From the NCBI GenBank assembly GCA_966252325.1, contig CBINON010000023.1, positions 878-64,877 on the forward strand: a stretch of 64,000 nt of DNA. Direction: 5' to 3'. The position numbers were made by a program, and so were the translations under genes. The stretch is from an uncultured bacterium (GTDB lineage Bacteria > Verrucomicrobiota > Verrucomicrobiia > Verrucomicrobiales > Verrucomicrobiaceae). The notes below the pieces were generated by a model. It was not told the DNA's origin, did not search any database, and worked only from the letters and a program-made list of their open reading frames with translations. Position 1 is the stretch's first letter. The number at the start of each line of letters is the position of its first letter. Below are positions 19,982 to 28,777 of this stretch, piece by piece.

Positions 19982-21187
19982 ATGGCCACCATCGCCGTCC
20001 TCGGCACACTCGACACCAAGGGACCCGAACACGCCTACGTGGCGGACCTCATCCGCGCGCGCGGACACCAACCCCTGCTCATCGACACCGGCACCGGCGC
20101 GCCGGCCACCGTGTCCCCCGACCTGACCCGCGAGCAGGTGGCGGCCGCCGGCGGCGTCGATCTGCCCGGCCTGCTCGCCCGCCGCGACCGCGGCGAGGCG
20201 GTGACCGCCATGTCCGGCGCCGCGGCGCAACTGCTCGCCCAACTCGCCGCCGAGGGCCGCATCCAGGGGGTCATCTCCCTCGGCGGTGGCGGCGGCACCG
20301 CGATCAGCACTGCCGCCATGCGCGCCCTGCCGGTCGGCTTCCCCAAGCTGATGGTGTCCACCCTCGCCGCCGGCAACACCGCTCCCTATGTCGGCACCAA
20401 GGACATCGTCATGATGCCCAGCATCGTCGACGTCAACGGCCTCAACCGCCTGTCGCGCGTCCTGCTCGCGCGCGCCGCCGGCGCCATCTGCGGCATGGTC
20501 GAGGCCGAACCGCCCGCCGCCGCCGACAAACCGCTGATCTGCGCCTCGATGTTTGGCAACACCACCGAGTGCGTCAACGCCGCCAAGCAGATCCTCGAGG
20601 AGGCCGGCTACGAGGTCCTTGTCTTCGCCGCCACCGGCACCGGCGGCCGCATCATGGAGAGCCTGATCGAAAGCGGCATGATCAGCGGCGTGCTCGACAT
20701 CACCACCACCGAGTGGGCCGATGAACTCGTCGGCGGCGTGCTCAACGCCGGCCCGACCCGCCTCGAGGCCGCCGGCAGGGCCGGCGTGCCCGCCATCGTC
20801 ACCCCGGGCTGCCTCGACATGGTCAACTTCGGCGAACCCGCCAGCGTGCCGGAGAAGTTCAAAGACCGCCTGTTCTACCAACACAACCCGCAGGTCACCC
20901 TCATGCGCACCAACGCCGAGGAGTGCACCCTGCTCGGACGCATCCTGGCCGACAAACTCAACGCCTACACCGCGCCGGTCACCGTCCTCATCCCGCGCCG
21001 CGCCATCAGCGTCATCAGCGCCCCCGGCCAGCCCTTCCATGATCCGGAGGCCGACGAGGCCCTGTTCGCCAGCCTGAAGGCCCACCTGCGGGTCGACATC
21101 CCGGTCGTCGAGATGGACTGCGAAATCAACGCCCCCGAGTTCGCCGCCGCCTGCGCCCACACCCTGCTGGCCCAGCTGGGCCGCTGA
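19982..21187 (+). CDS. UPF0261 (Tm-1-like ATP-binding) family protein
   Basis: 401 aa. MATIAVLGTLDTKGPEHAYV...GVISLGGGGGT...MFGNTT are the conserved blocks I associate with UPF0261. Confidence 0.75.
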   Translation: MATIAVLGTLDTKGPEHAYVADLIRARGHQPLLIDTGTGAPATVSPDLTREQVAAAGGVDLPGLLARRDRGEAVTAMSGAAAQLLAQLAAEGRIQGVISLGGGGGTAISTAAMRALPVGFPKLMVSTLAAGNTAPYVGTKDIVMMPSIVDVNGLNRLSRVLLARAAGAICGMVEAEPPAAADKPLICASMFGNTTECVNAAKQILEEAGYEVLVFAATGTGGRIMESLIESGMISGVLDITTTEWADELVGGVLNAGPTRLEAAGRAGVPAIVTPGCLDMVNFGEPASVPEKFKDRLFYQHNPQVTLMRTNAEECTLLGRILADKLNAYTAPVTVLIPRRAISVISAPGQPFHDPEADEALFASLKAHLRVDIPVVEMDCEINAPEFAAACAHTLLAQLGR

Positions 21188-21189
21188 AG

Positions 21190-21245
21190 CATTTCAGATC
21201 TCAGATTCTCCGATCTTCGATCTCCCATCTTCCATCTTCCATCCC
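21190..21245. repeat. degenerate 7-bp tandem repeat (about 8 units) in the intergenic leader of nagZ
   Basis: Read in 7-bp register: CATTTCA GATCTCA GATTCTC CGATCTT CGATCTC CCATCTT CCATCTT CCATCCC. It ends 5 nt before the nagZ ATG and is a pyrimidine-rich, locally AT-rich patch in GC-rich DNA. Confidence 0.8.
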
Positions 21246-21250
21246 CAACC

Positions 21251-22348
21251 ATGTCCCTCGGCCAACTTCTTCTCACCGGCGTGCCCGGCCCCGTGCTCGA
21301 CGCCGAAACCGCCGCCCGCTTCAAGAAGCTGCAGCCCGGCGGTTTCATCCTGTTCGGCCGCAACATCCAGTCGCCTGAACAGCTGCGCAAACTCATCGAC
21401 GACCTGCGCGACCTCTCCGACATCGAGCCCTTCATCACCATCGACCAGGAGGGCGGCCGCGTCTCGCGCCTGCGCCTGATTGGCGAGGAGCCGCCGAATG
21501 CCCAGCAACTGCGCGACAAGGGCGACCCCGCCCTGATCAAGTGGCATGGCCGCCTCACCGGCGAGCTGCTGCGCCTGTTCGGCTTCAACCTCGACCTTTG
21601 CCCGGTGCTCGACATCTCCTATGACGACACCGCCGACAACTCGCTCAAGGGCCGCTGCTGGGGCCGCGATCCGCAGCAGGTGATCAGCAATGCCGGCGTC
21701 TTCAACCGCGCCCTGCGCAAGGAGGGCATCCTCTCCTGTGCCAAGCACTTCCCCGGCTACGGCCCGGCCGAGTGCGACCCGCATGAATTCCTGCCGGTCA
21801 TCACCAAGAGTCGCCGGGAGATGGAGCTGAGCGAGCTGCTGCCCTACTCCGCCCTGCTGCCGGAGCTCGACAGCGTGATGACCTGCCACAGCAACTACAC
21901 CGCCTACGATCCCGACCGCGGCCGCTGGCCGGCCAGCCTCAGCCACAATGTCTGCACCAAGCTGCTGCGCGACCAGCTCGGCTTCGAGGGCCTGGCGATG
22001 ACCGACGACCTCGACATGGGGGCCATCCTCAACGAGGTCACCTTCGAGAAGGCCATCCAGGAGGCCGTGCGCGCCGGCAACGACCTGGTCATGATCTGTC
22101 ACCGCCTGGAGATGGTGGAGCTCGCCCGCCGGCATCTGGAAGGTGTCGAACACCCCATCCTGCACGACGCCCTGGTGCGCATCGAGAAGACCAAGAAGCG
22201 CCTGCGCGCGCCCGACGCCTTCCGTCTCGACCGCTTCGCCGCCCTCAACCGCGAGATCTGGGACCTGCGCGTCGCCACCCTCGGCGAGGAGCGCGCGAAA
22301 ATCCTCAGCGTCGAGGACGGCAAGCGCTCCCCCGTCGAGCTCTACTGA
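21251..22348 (+). CDS. nagZ: beta-N-acetylhexosaminidase NagZ (GH3)
   Basis: GGFILFGRNI, ITIDQEGGRVSRL and KHFPGYG blocks of GH3 NagZ. Confidence 0.9.
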   Translation: MSLGQLLLTGVPGPVLDAETAARFKKLQPGGFILFGRNIQSPEQLRKLIDDLRDLSDIEPFITIDQEGGRVSRLRLIGEEPPNAQQLRDKGDPALIKWHGRLTGELLRLFGFNLDLCPVLDISYDDTADNSLKGRCWGRDPQQVISNAGVFNRALRKEGILSCAKHFPGYGPAECDPHEFLPVITKSRREMELSELLPYSALLPELDSVMTCHSNYTAYDPDRGRWPASLSHNVCTKLLRDQLGFEGLAMTDDLDMGAILNEVTFEKAIQEAVRAGNDLVMICHRLEMVELARRHLEGVEHPILHDALVRIEKTKKRLRAPDAFRLDRFAALNREIWDLRVATLGEERAKILSVEDGKRSPVELY

Positions 22349-22367
22349 TCCGCACCTCCGCTCTCCA

Positions 22368-23900
22368 CTACGGTGACTCCGCCTCCTGGTCGTCCGGCAT
22401 GCGCTCGACGAAGCGCATGGCGTGGTCGATGAAGCGCAGCGGCACGTCGTCGGTGGGACCGTTGCGGTTCTTGGCAAGGATGAGCACGGCCTGGCCCTTC
22501 TTCTTCGCCTCCGCCTCCTCGTCACCGACGTTCATCTTGGCGCCGGCGTAGTCCTCGCGGGTGAGCAGGCCGACCATGTCGGCATCCTGCTCGATCGAGC
22601 CGGATTCACGCAGGTCGGAGAGCACGGGCCGCTGGCCCTTGCGCGACTCGACGGCGCGGTTGAGCTGGGCGAGCACGATGATGGGCACGTTCAGTTCCTT
22701 GGCCAGCCCCTTCACGCCGGCGGAGATTTCGGCAATTTCGATCTGGCGGTTTTCCTTGCCGCGCTTGCTGCCCGAGGTCATGAGCTGGAGGTAGTCGATC
22801 ATGATCATCTCGATGCCGTGCAGCTTCTTGAGGCGGCGCGCCTTGGCGCGCATTTCGAGCACATCGAGGCCGGGCGTCTCGTCGATCAGGATCGCCGAGC
22901 GCTGCAGTTCGCGCGTCGCCTTGGCCAGCGCCTCCTGCTGGGCGCGCGACAGCAGGCCGCGCGAGAGATCCTGCATGGAGAGCTGGGCGCGCGAGACGAG
23001 CAGGCGTCGCACCAGCATGGTGGCGCTCATTTCCAGGCTGAACACCGCGCAGGGCCGGCCGCTGTCGACGGCGATGTGCTCGACGATGTTCATGGCCAGC
23101 GAGGTCTTGCCCATGGAGGGTCGGGCCGCGATGACGAACATTTCCCCGCCCTGCAGGCCGCTGCTCATGCTGTCGAGCTTGCTGTAGCCGGTCGACAGGC
23201 CGCGCAACTGGCCGGGATGCTCCAGCATGTACTGAATGCTGTCGATGGCCTCGGCGACGTGGGCGCTCAGGCTCTTGATGCCGTCCTCCTTGCCGGAGGA
23301 TTCGCGCACGGCGAGGATGCGCTGCTCGGCGTGGTCGACCAGCGTGCCGACATCCTCGTCGATCTGTTCCTTGCCGTGCTCGTAGGCGTAATGGATGTTG
23401 AGGGAACTGGCGTGGATGAGCTGGCGGAGGATGTGCTTGTCGAGCACGATCTTCTTGTAGTACGGGTAGTGCGCGGGCACCGGCACGTACGTGAACAGCT
23501 CGCTGATCGCCGCCGGACCGCCGACCCGGTCGAGCAGGCCCTGGCCGCGCAGGGCGTTGGTGAGGGTGACCGGATCGATGGCGAGGTGCTTGTCGTCGAA
23601 CTCGAGCAGCATCTCGTAGACCGTGCGGTTGGCCTCGTGGTAGAAGGCCGCAGCCGGCAGGGTGACACGGCTGTCGGCGAGTCGTTCGTTCGGGTCCTGC
23701 AGCAGGCTGGAAATCACCCCCTTTTCCGCCTCGTCGCTGAACGGCAGGGCGCGGTTGATGTTGGCAAGCAGTTCCTCGGCGCTCGGAATCTCGTTGCGTT
23801 TGCGGCCGAAGGGATTGGCCTGCGGCACGGCGGCGGCGCGGTCGGGCAGTTCACCTGGGGCGGCGGCAGCCTGGGCGAGATTGGAAGCGGATTCAGCCAT
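22368..23900 (-). CDS. dnaB: replicative DNA helicase DnaB
   Basis: PFSDEAEKGVISSLL N-terminal domain, Walker A ARPSMGKTS, and IDYLQLM / IIVLAQLNR blocks. Start placed at MAESASNLAQ (23900); the track ORF starts at 23939. Confidence 0.95.
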   Translation of the reverse strand: MAESASNLAQAAAAPGELPDRAAAVPQANPFGRKRNEIPSAEELLANINRALPFSDEAEKGVISSLLQDPNERLADSRVTLPAAAFYHEANRTVYEMLLEFDDKHLAIDPVTLTNALRGQGLLDRVGGPAAISELFTYVPVPAHYPYYKKIVLDKHILRQLIHASSLNIHYAYEHGKEQIDEDVGTLVDHAEQRILAVRESSGKEDGIKSLSAHVAEAIDSIQYMLEHPGQLRGLSTGYSKLDSMSSGLQGGEMFVIAARPSMGKTSLAMNIVEHIAVDSGRPCAVFSLEMSATMLVRRLLVSRAQLSMQDLSRGLLSRAQQEALAKATRELQRSAILIDETPGLDVLEMRAKARRLKKLHGIEMIMIDYLQLMTSGSKRGKENRQIEIAEISAGVKGLAKELNVPIIVLAQLNRAVESRKGQRPVLSDLRESGSIEQDADMVGLLTREDYAGAKMNVGDEEAEAKKKGQAVLILAKNRNGPTDDVPLRFIDHAMRFVERMPDDQEAESP

Positions 23901-23979
23901 GGGAGGGGTCAACCAGAGGCAGGAAGGCGGGGGCGTCAATCAGAGCAACTCTGTGAATAAGCCCGCAGGCTGGGGGATC

Positions 23980-24000
23980 AGATTTCAGATTTCAAACTTC
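23980..24000. repeat. 7-bp tandem repeat (AGATTTC AGATTTC AAACTTC) in the dnaB / M50-protease divergent region
   Basis: Read directly from 23980-24000. Same 7-bp periodicity and TTTCA core as the repeats at 21190 and 62749. Confidence 0.7.
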
Positions 24001-24072
24001 AGAGGCGGGATCGCCGGTCTGCAGGCATTTCCTGCTTGTCGCGCCGCTTCCAGCCGGCAAGGTGGCGGCCTC

Positions 24073-24726
24073 ATGCTGCGCTTCCGCCTCCTCGGCTTCC
24101 CGATCGCCGTTCACTGGTTCTTCTGGGTCAACATGGCCCTGCTCGGCGGTGCCATCGATGCGAGAACCCCGGAGGCCATGCGCGCCCTGCTGATGTGGAT
24201 GGCCGCGGGTTTCGTCTCGATCCTCGTGCATGAACTCGGCCACGCGCTGGCGATGCGCAACTATGGCGACCGCCGAGTTGGCATCCTGCTGTACGCCTTT
24301 GGCGGCGTCGCCCAGGGCAGCCGCGGCCTGACCCGCTCGCAGGATTTCTACGTCAGCGCGGCCGGCCCCTTCGTGCAGATCGCCGCCGGTGTCGCCATCT
24401 GGTGGCTGCGCGATTTCTGGCAGCCGCCACCCGGGTTGGTCCGAGCCTTTCTGAATGCCTTCCTGCAGGTCAGCCTGTTCTGGGGCATCCTCAACCTCTT
24501 CCCGATCATCCCGCTCGACGGCGGCCACATCGCCCGCGCCCTGCTCGGCCCGCGCCGGCTGCGCATCGCCCTCACCCTCAGCCTGGTCTGCGCCATCGGC
24601 GGCGCCCTGTTCTTCATCCAGCACGGCGGCCTCTTCGCCACGGTCTTCTTCGGCATGTTCGCCTTCAACAACTGGAAGGAACTGCAGGGCCAACCGCAGG
24701 TGCCCTGGATGATCGGCCGCGACTGA
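24073..24726 (+). CDS. site-2 protease (M50) family metalloprotease
   Basis: 217-aa polytopic membrane protein from MLRFRLLGFPIAVHWFFW, with HELGHAL zinc motif and NLFPIIPLDGGH (the second M50 motif). Confidence 0.8.
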   Translation: MLRFRLLGFPIAVHWFFWVNMALLGGAIDARTPEAMRALLMWMAAGFVSILVHELGHALAMRNYGDRRVGILLYAFGGVAQGSRGLTRSQDFYVSAAGPFVQIAAGVAIWWLRDFWQPPPGLVRAFLNAFLQVSLFWGILNLFPIIPLDGGHIARALLGPRRLRIALTLSLVCAIGGALFFIQHGGLFATVFFGMFAFNNWKELQGQPQVPWMIGRD

Positions 24727-24759
24727 GCCCGGCCTCCGCCACGTAATCTTTTCTCTGCC

Positions 24760-26085
24760 ATGAGCGCCCTCGACGATCTCCTCACCTGCCTGCGCTTTCC
24801 CAGCGTCTCCACCGATCCCAAACACCGCGGCGACGTGCGCGCCTGTGCCGACTGGCTGCTCGCCAAGCTGCGTTCGCTCGGACTCGATGCCGCCCTGCAC
24901 GAAACCCCGGGCCATCCGGTGCTGCTCGCCAAAAACGCCCATCAACCCGGCCGGCGCACCGTGCTGCTCTACGGCCACTACGATGTCCAGCCGCCGGAGC
25001 CCTTCGGCGAATGGTTGTCGCCCCCCTTCGAACCCACCCTGCGCGACGGCCGCATCTACGCCCGCGGCGCCACCGACAACAAGGGCCAGCTCATGGCCCA
25101 TGTCGCCGGCCTCGCTGAAACCCTCGCCGCCCACGGCGAGCTGCCGGTCAACCTGACGATCCTGTTCGAGGGCGAGGAGGAGATCGGCAGCCCGAACCTG
25201 CGCCCCTTTCTGGAAGCCAACCGCGACGAACTCGCCTGCGACGTGGTTGCCATCTCCGACACCGGCATGGTCGCCCCCGGCGTCGGCACCTTCACCTACG
25301 GCCTGCGCGGCATCGCCTGCCTGGAAGCGCGCGTGCACGGGCCGTCGATTGACCTGCATTCCGGCATCTTCGGCGGCGCGGTGGCGAATCCGGCCACGAT
25401 CGCCGCGCGCCTTGCCGCCTCCCTGCACGATGCCGAGGGACGGGTGGTCATCCCGGGTTTTTACGACGCCGTGCGCCCCCTGCAGGACTGGGAGCGCGCC
25501 GCCTGGGCGGAGCTGGGCGACGGCGATGCCGAGACCCTGGAATTGACGGGGTCGCCCGCCCTGTTCGGCGAGCCGGGCTTCAGCGAACGCGAGCGCCGCT
25601 GGGCGCGGCCGACCGCCGAGGTCAACGGCATCGGCGGCGGCTGGCAGGGCGCCGGCTCGAAGACGGTCATCCCGCGCGAGGCCTTTGTGAAAGTCTCCTT
25701 CCGCCTCGTGCCCGACCAGGATCCCGAGACGGTGCTCAACCTCGCCGAACAACACCTGCGCGCCCAGGCACCCGCCGGCGTACGCCTGGAGATCGTGCGC
25801 GGCCACACCGGGCGCGCCTACCTGACCGACCCGCAGAGCCCGCTCGGCCAGGCCGCCTGCCGGGCCCTGGAAAAGACCTTTGGCGGCCGTGTCGCCCTGA
25901 TCCGTGAAGGCGGCAGCATCCCGATCGTGCAGGCCTTCAAAGAGGTACTCGGTGCCGACACCCTGCTGCTCGGCCTGGCCCTGCCCGACTGCCAGGCACA
26001 CGCGCCGAACGAAAACTTTCCCGTCGCCAACTTTGAAGCCGGCATCCGCCTCAATCAGGAACTGCTGCGCGAACTGGCGCGTTGA
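24760..26085 (+). CDS. M20 family dipeptidase / peptidase
   Basis: 441 aa with LLYGHYDVQP, ARGATDNKGQ and EGEEEIGS blocks typical of M20 (ArgE/DapE/CPG2-like) metallopeptidases. Confidence 0.9.
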   Translation: MSALDDLLTCLRFPSVSTDPKHRGDVRACADWLLAKLRSLGLDAALHETPGHPVLLAKNAHQPGRRTVLLYGHYDVQPPEPFGEWLSPPFEPTLRDGRIYARGATDNKGQLMAHVAGLAETLAAHGELPVNLTILFEGEEEIGSPNLRPFLEANRDELACDVVAISDTGMVAPGVGTFTYGLRGIACLEARVHGPSIDLHSGIFGGAVANPATIAARLAASLHDAEGRVVIPGFYDAVRPLQDWERAAWAELGDGDAETLELTGSPALFGEPGFSERERRWARPTAEVNGIGGGWQGAGSKTVIPREAFVKVSFRLVPDQDPETVLNLAEQHLRAQAPAGVRLEIVRGHTGRAYLTDPQSPLGQAACRALEKTFGGRVALIREGGSIPIVQAFKEVLGADTLLLGLALPDCQAHAPNENFPVANFEAGIRLNQELLRELAR

Positions 26086-26123
26086 AGATCCCGCCCAGCC
26101 AACAGCCGCCATCCCAGCCCGAA

Positions 26124-26145
26124 CCGAGGCAAGTCATTGCCTCGG
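26124..26145. terminator. perfect 8-bp hairpin between convergent genes (possible bidirectional terminator)
   Basis: CCGAGGCA agtcat TGCCTCGG, between the M20 stop (26085) and the His-rich lipoprotein stop (26193). No U-tract. Confidence 0.35.
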
Positions 26146-26192
26146 CGTCCGGGACGGGCGCAGGCTTGGACGGCGCTCGAACCGCACTCCCC

Positions 26193-26390
26193 TCAGTGCG
26201 GCTTGGCCGCCTTGTCGCCATGACCTTCGGCCGGCTTGGCATGGGCATCCTTGCCGTGGCTGTCGCCGTGGCCTTCACCATGCGCCTTGTGCATGCCTTC
26301 GTGCAGCACCTGGGTGCTTTCCCAGGAATGCTTGTCGCAGGAGACGGAGCAAAACAGCAGGGCGAGGGCGGCGAAGGCGGGGGCTTTCAT
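26193..26390 (-). CDS. small His-rich putative lipoprotein
   Basis: Last 65 aa of the track ORF: MKAPAFAALALLFCSVSC (signal peptide plus lipobox-like Cys), then DKHSWESTQVLHEGMHKAHGEGHGDSHGKDAHAKPAEGHGDKAAKPH. That is 11 His in 47 mature residues, with repeated HG(D/E) units. Confidence 0.55.
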   Translation of the reverse strand: MKAPAFAALALLFCSVSCDKHSWESTQVLHEGMHKAHGEGHGDSHGKDAHAKPAEGHGDKAAKPH

Positions 26391-26526
26391 GGTCGGTGAC
26401 GAATCGTATCGATAGGCGATATCAACCGCCATGCAACGCGGTTTTTGCCGCCGGGCGCGCCGTTTCCGCAGATCGCCGGAAGTTGAGGACGGGATTGCCA
26501 CCCGCGTCTCCCATGGCTGGGTCAAT

Positions 26527-28008
26527 CTACGCGCAGCGGCCCTCGCGCAACTGCCGCCAGGCCAAGCCCAGATGGGCGGCAAGATCGCTGGGAAGGACGG
26601 ACTCCGGCGCTCCATCAAGGGCGGCGAGTTCGGCGGCGCGACCGCACAACCAGGCGGCAAGACCGGCGGCCCGCGGGGGTGGCAGGCCCTGAGCCAGCAG
26701 GGCGACAGCCACACCGGTCAGGAAATCGCCCATGCCACCGGTGGCCATGCCGGCGTGACCGGTGCTGTTGAAGCGCAGTGGCTGACCGGCGCAGGCAATG
26801 ACCGTGCGCGCGCCCTTGAGCAGCAGGGTGTGCCCCGGATGGGCTTCGGCAAAGCCGCGGGCGCAGGTGGCGCGATCACCGACCGCGCCGGCCAGTCGCT
26901 GCATCTCGCCGGGGTGCGGGGTCAGCAGGCGCGGACCGGCGGCGTGGCTCAGGGGTTCCAGCCCGTGCCGGGCCAACTGGGTGAGGGCGTCGGCATCGAC
27001 GACAACCGGCACCGGCGCCTGGCGCAGCAGATCCGCCACCTCGTCGCCATGGGCAAAGCCGAGTCCGGGACCGACGGCGAGCGCATCAAAACCCTCGGCA
27101 GCGCGGCGGGCATCGTCGATCCGGCGCACCATGACCTCGGCCGGCAGGCGGGCGGCCAGCACGGCCTGCGCCTCGGGCTCACGCACCAGCAGGGTCACCA
27201 GACCGGCGCCGGTGCGCAGGGCACCGAGGCAGGCGAGTTCGGCGGCGCCATAGAATCCCGGCGAGCCGGCCAGCACACCGATGCGTCCGGCCTGGCCCTT
27301 GTGGCAGTCGTGGCCGCGACGCGGCAGCCAGGGCCGCAGCAGGTCCGGGGTCAGCAGTTCGGCATCGGGGTCGCCCTGCAGGAAGGGCTCCAGCTCTGCC
27401 AGCGGCACCCGGGCCAGGCGCCCCACGTGCTGGACGGCGGCATCGGCGACCAGCCCCCGCTTGACCGCCGCCACGGTGACCGTCACATCGGCGACCACCG
27501 CGTCTGCGGCCGGCACCCCGGAATCGCCATCGAGCCCCGAGGGCAGGTCCATGGCGATCGTGCTGGCGCCCTGCTCCAGGCGCAGGCGGTTCATCTCGCC
27601 GGCGAGAGCGGAGTACTCGGGTCGCAATGGCCCGGAGCTGCCCAAGCCGAGCAGGCCGTCGAGGCAGACGAGCGGACCGGAATCGCAACGCGTCTCGGCC
27701 GGGCCGACTTCAAGTCCGCCCAGTTCATGCCAATGCCGGGCCGGCAGCGGTTTGAAATCGCTCGGGTCGCGGGCGCAACGGGCCTGCAGGCGCCAGCCGG
27801 CAGCGCGCAATTCGCGACCGGCGACCAGGGCGTCGCCGGCGTTGTTGCCCGTGCCAAGATAGAGTCGGGCCGTGCCGGGCACGGGGAAAAACTGGCGAAT
27901 GACGCGGGCGATGCCACAACCGGCCTGCTCCATGAGGGCGTCGGCGCTGACGCCACTGGCGAAAGCACGCGCCTCGGCCTCCTGCATCTGGCGGCACGTG
28001 ACGAGCAT
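26527..28008 (-). CDS. nnr: bifunctional NAD(P)H-hydrate repair enzyme Nnr (epimerase / ADP-dependent dehydratase)
   Basis: From MLVTCRQMQEAEARAF. YjeF-N block GTGNNAGDALVAGR and C-terminal carbohydrate-kinase-like block GMATGGMGDFLTG. Confidence 0.9.
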   Translation of the reverse strand: MLVTCRQMQEAEARAFASGVSADALMEQAGCGIARVIRQFFPVPGTARLYLGTGNNAGDALVAGRELRAAGWRLQARCARDPSDFKPLPARHWHELGGLEVGPAETRCDSGPLVCLDGLLGLGSSGPLRPEYSALAGEMNRLRLEQGASTIAMDLPSGLDGDSGVPAADAVVADVTVTVAAVKRGLVADAAVQHVGRLARVPLAELEPFLQGDPDAELLTPDLLRPWLPRRGHDCHKGQAGRIGVLAGSPGFYGAAELACLGALRTGAGLVTLLVREPEAQAVLAARLPAEVMVRRIDDARRAAEGFDALAVGPGLGFAHGDEVADLLRQAPVPVVVDADALTQLARHGLEPLSHAAGPRLLTPHPGEMQRLAGAVGDRATCARGFAEAHPGHTLLLKGARTVIACAGQPLRFNSTGHAGMATGGMGDFLTGVAVALLAQGLPPPRAAGLAAWLCGRAAELAALDGAPESVLPSDLAAHLGLAWRQLREGRCA

Positions 28009-28018
28009 GGCGGGCGGA

Positions 28019-28648
28019 TCAGCGGGCGCGTTTGTAGGCGACGATGCCCTGGGCGATGCCCTCGGCGATGCGGGCTCGGAAGGCACCGCTCATCATCTTC
28101 GCGCGCTCGGCGGAGTTGCTGACGAAGCCGCACTCCACCAGCACCGCCGGGTTGCGGGTGGTTTTGCGGATGACGAAGTAGCTGGCGTGCTTGACGCCGC
28201 GATTGGTCAGGCCGGTCGACTGCAGCAGATAGGCCTGGATGTAGGCGGCGAGGGTGTAACTGCCGTCGAAATGGTAGAAGGTTTCAACGCCATGGCCGCT
28301 GCCGCCGCGGCTGTAGTTGTAGTGGATGCTGACGAAGATCGCGTTGCCGCGGCTGTTGCCGTAGTCGGCACGCCGCTGCAGCGGGATGAAGACATCGGTG
28401 CCGCGCGTCAGGATGACGCGGAAGCCGGCTTCCTTGAGCAGGCGCTCGACGCGCCGGGCGGTGTCGAGGCAGAGATGCTTTTCATACACGTAACCGATCG
28501 AGGCCCCGCGATCATGATCGCCGTGACCGGCATCAAGGATGACCGTGTCGAAGGCGCGCGCCGCACCGGAGACAAGCAGGACCGCCAGCAGAGCCAACAC
28601 CCCCGGGAAACGTCCAAGGCGTTGAGGCAGTGAAAAGGGGGCGGTCAT
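28019..28648 (-). CDS. N-acetylmuramoyl-L-alanine amidase (Amidase_3)
   Basis: Last 209 aa of the 751-aa track ORF: signal peptide, then ILDAGHGDHDRGA, FVSIHYN and LVECGFVSN, the Zn-ligand blocks of AmiA/B/C-type amidases. Confidence 0.9.
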   Translation of the reverse strand: MTAPFSLPQRLGRFPGVLALLAVLLVSGAARAFDTVILDAGHGDHDRGASIGYVYEKHLCLDTARRVERLLKEAGFRVILTRGTDVFIPLQRRADYGNSRGNAIFVSIHYNYSRGGSGHGVETFYHFDGSYTLAAYIQAYLLQSTGLTNRGVKHASYFVIRKTTRNPAVLVECGFVSNSAERAKMMSGAFRARIAEGIAQGIVAYKRAR

Positions 28649-28777
28649 GGATTCGGGATTCGGGGCGGACCTTGTCGGGCAGTAAGCGCCTTTGCCGTCC
28701 GGGGTCAAGCGTTTTGGCGGCAGGCGGCGGACGACATTGGCTTGAGAATCGGCGGCGGTGGCGACGTTGGTTTGGGC

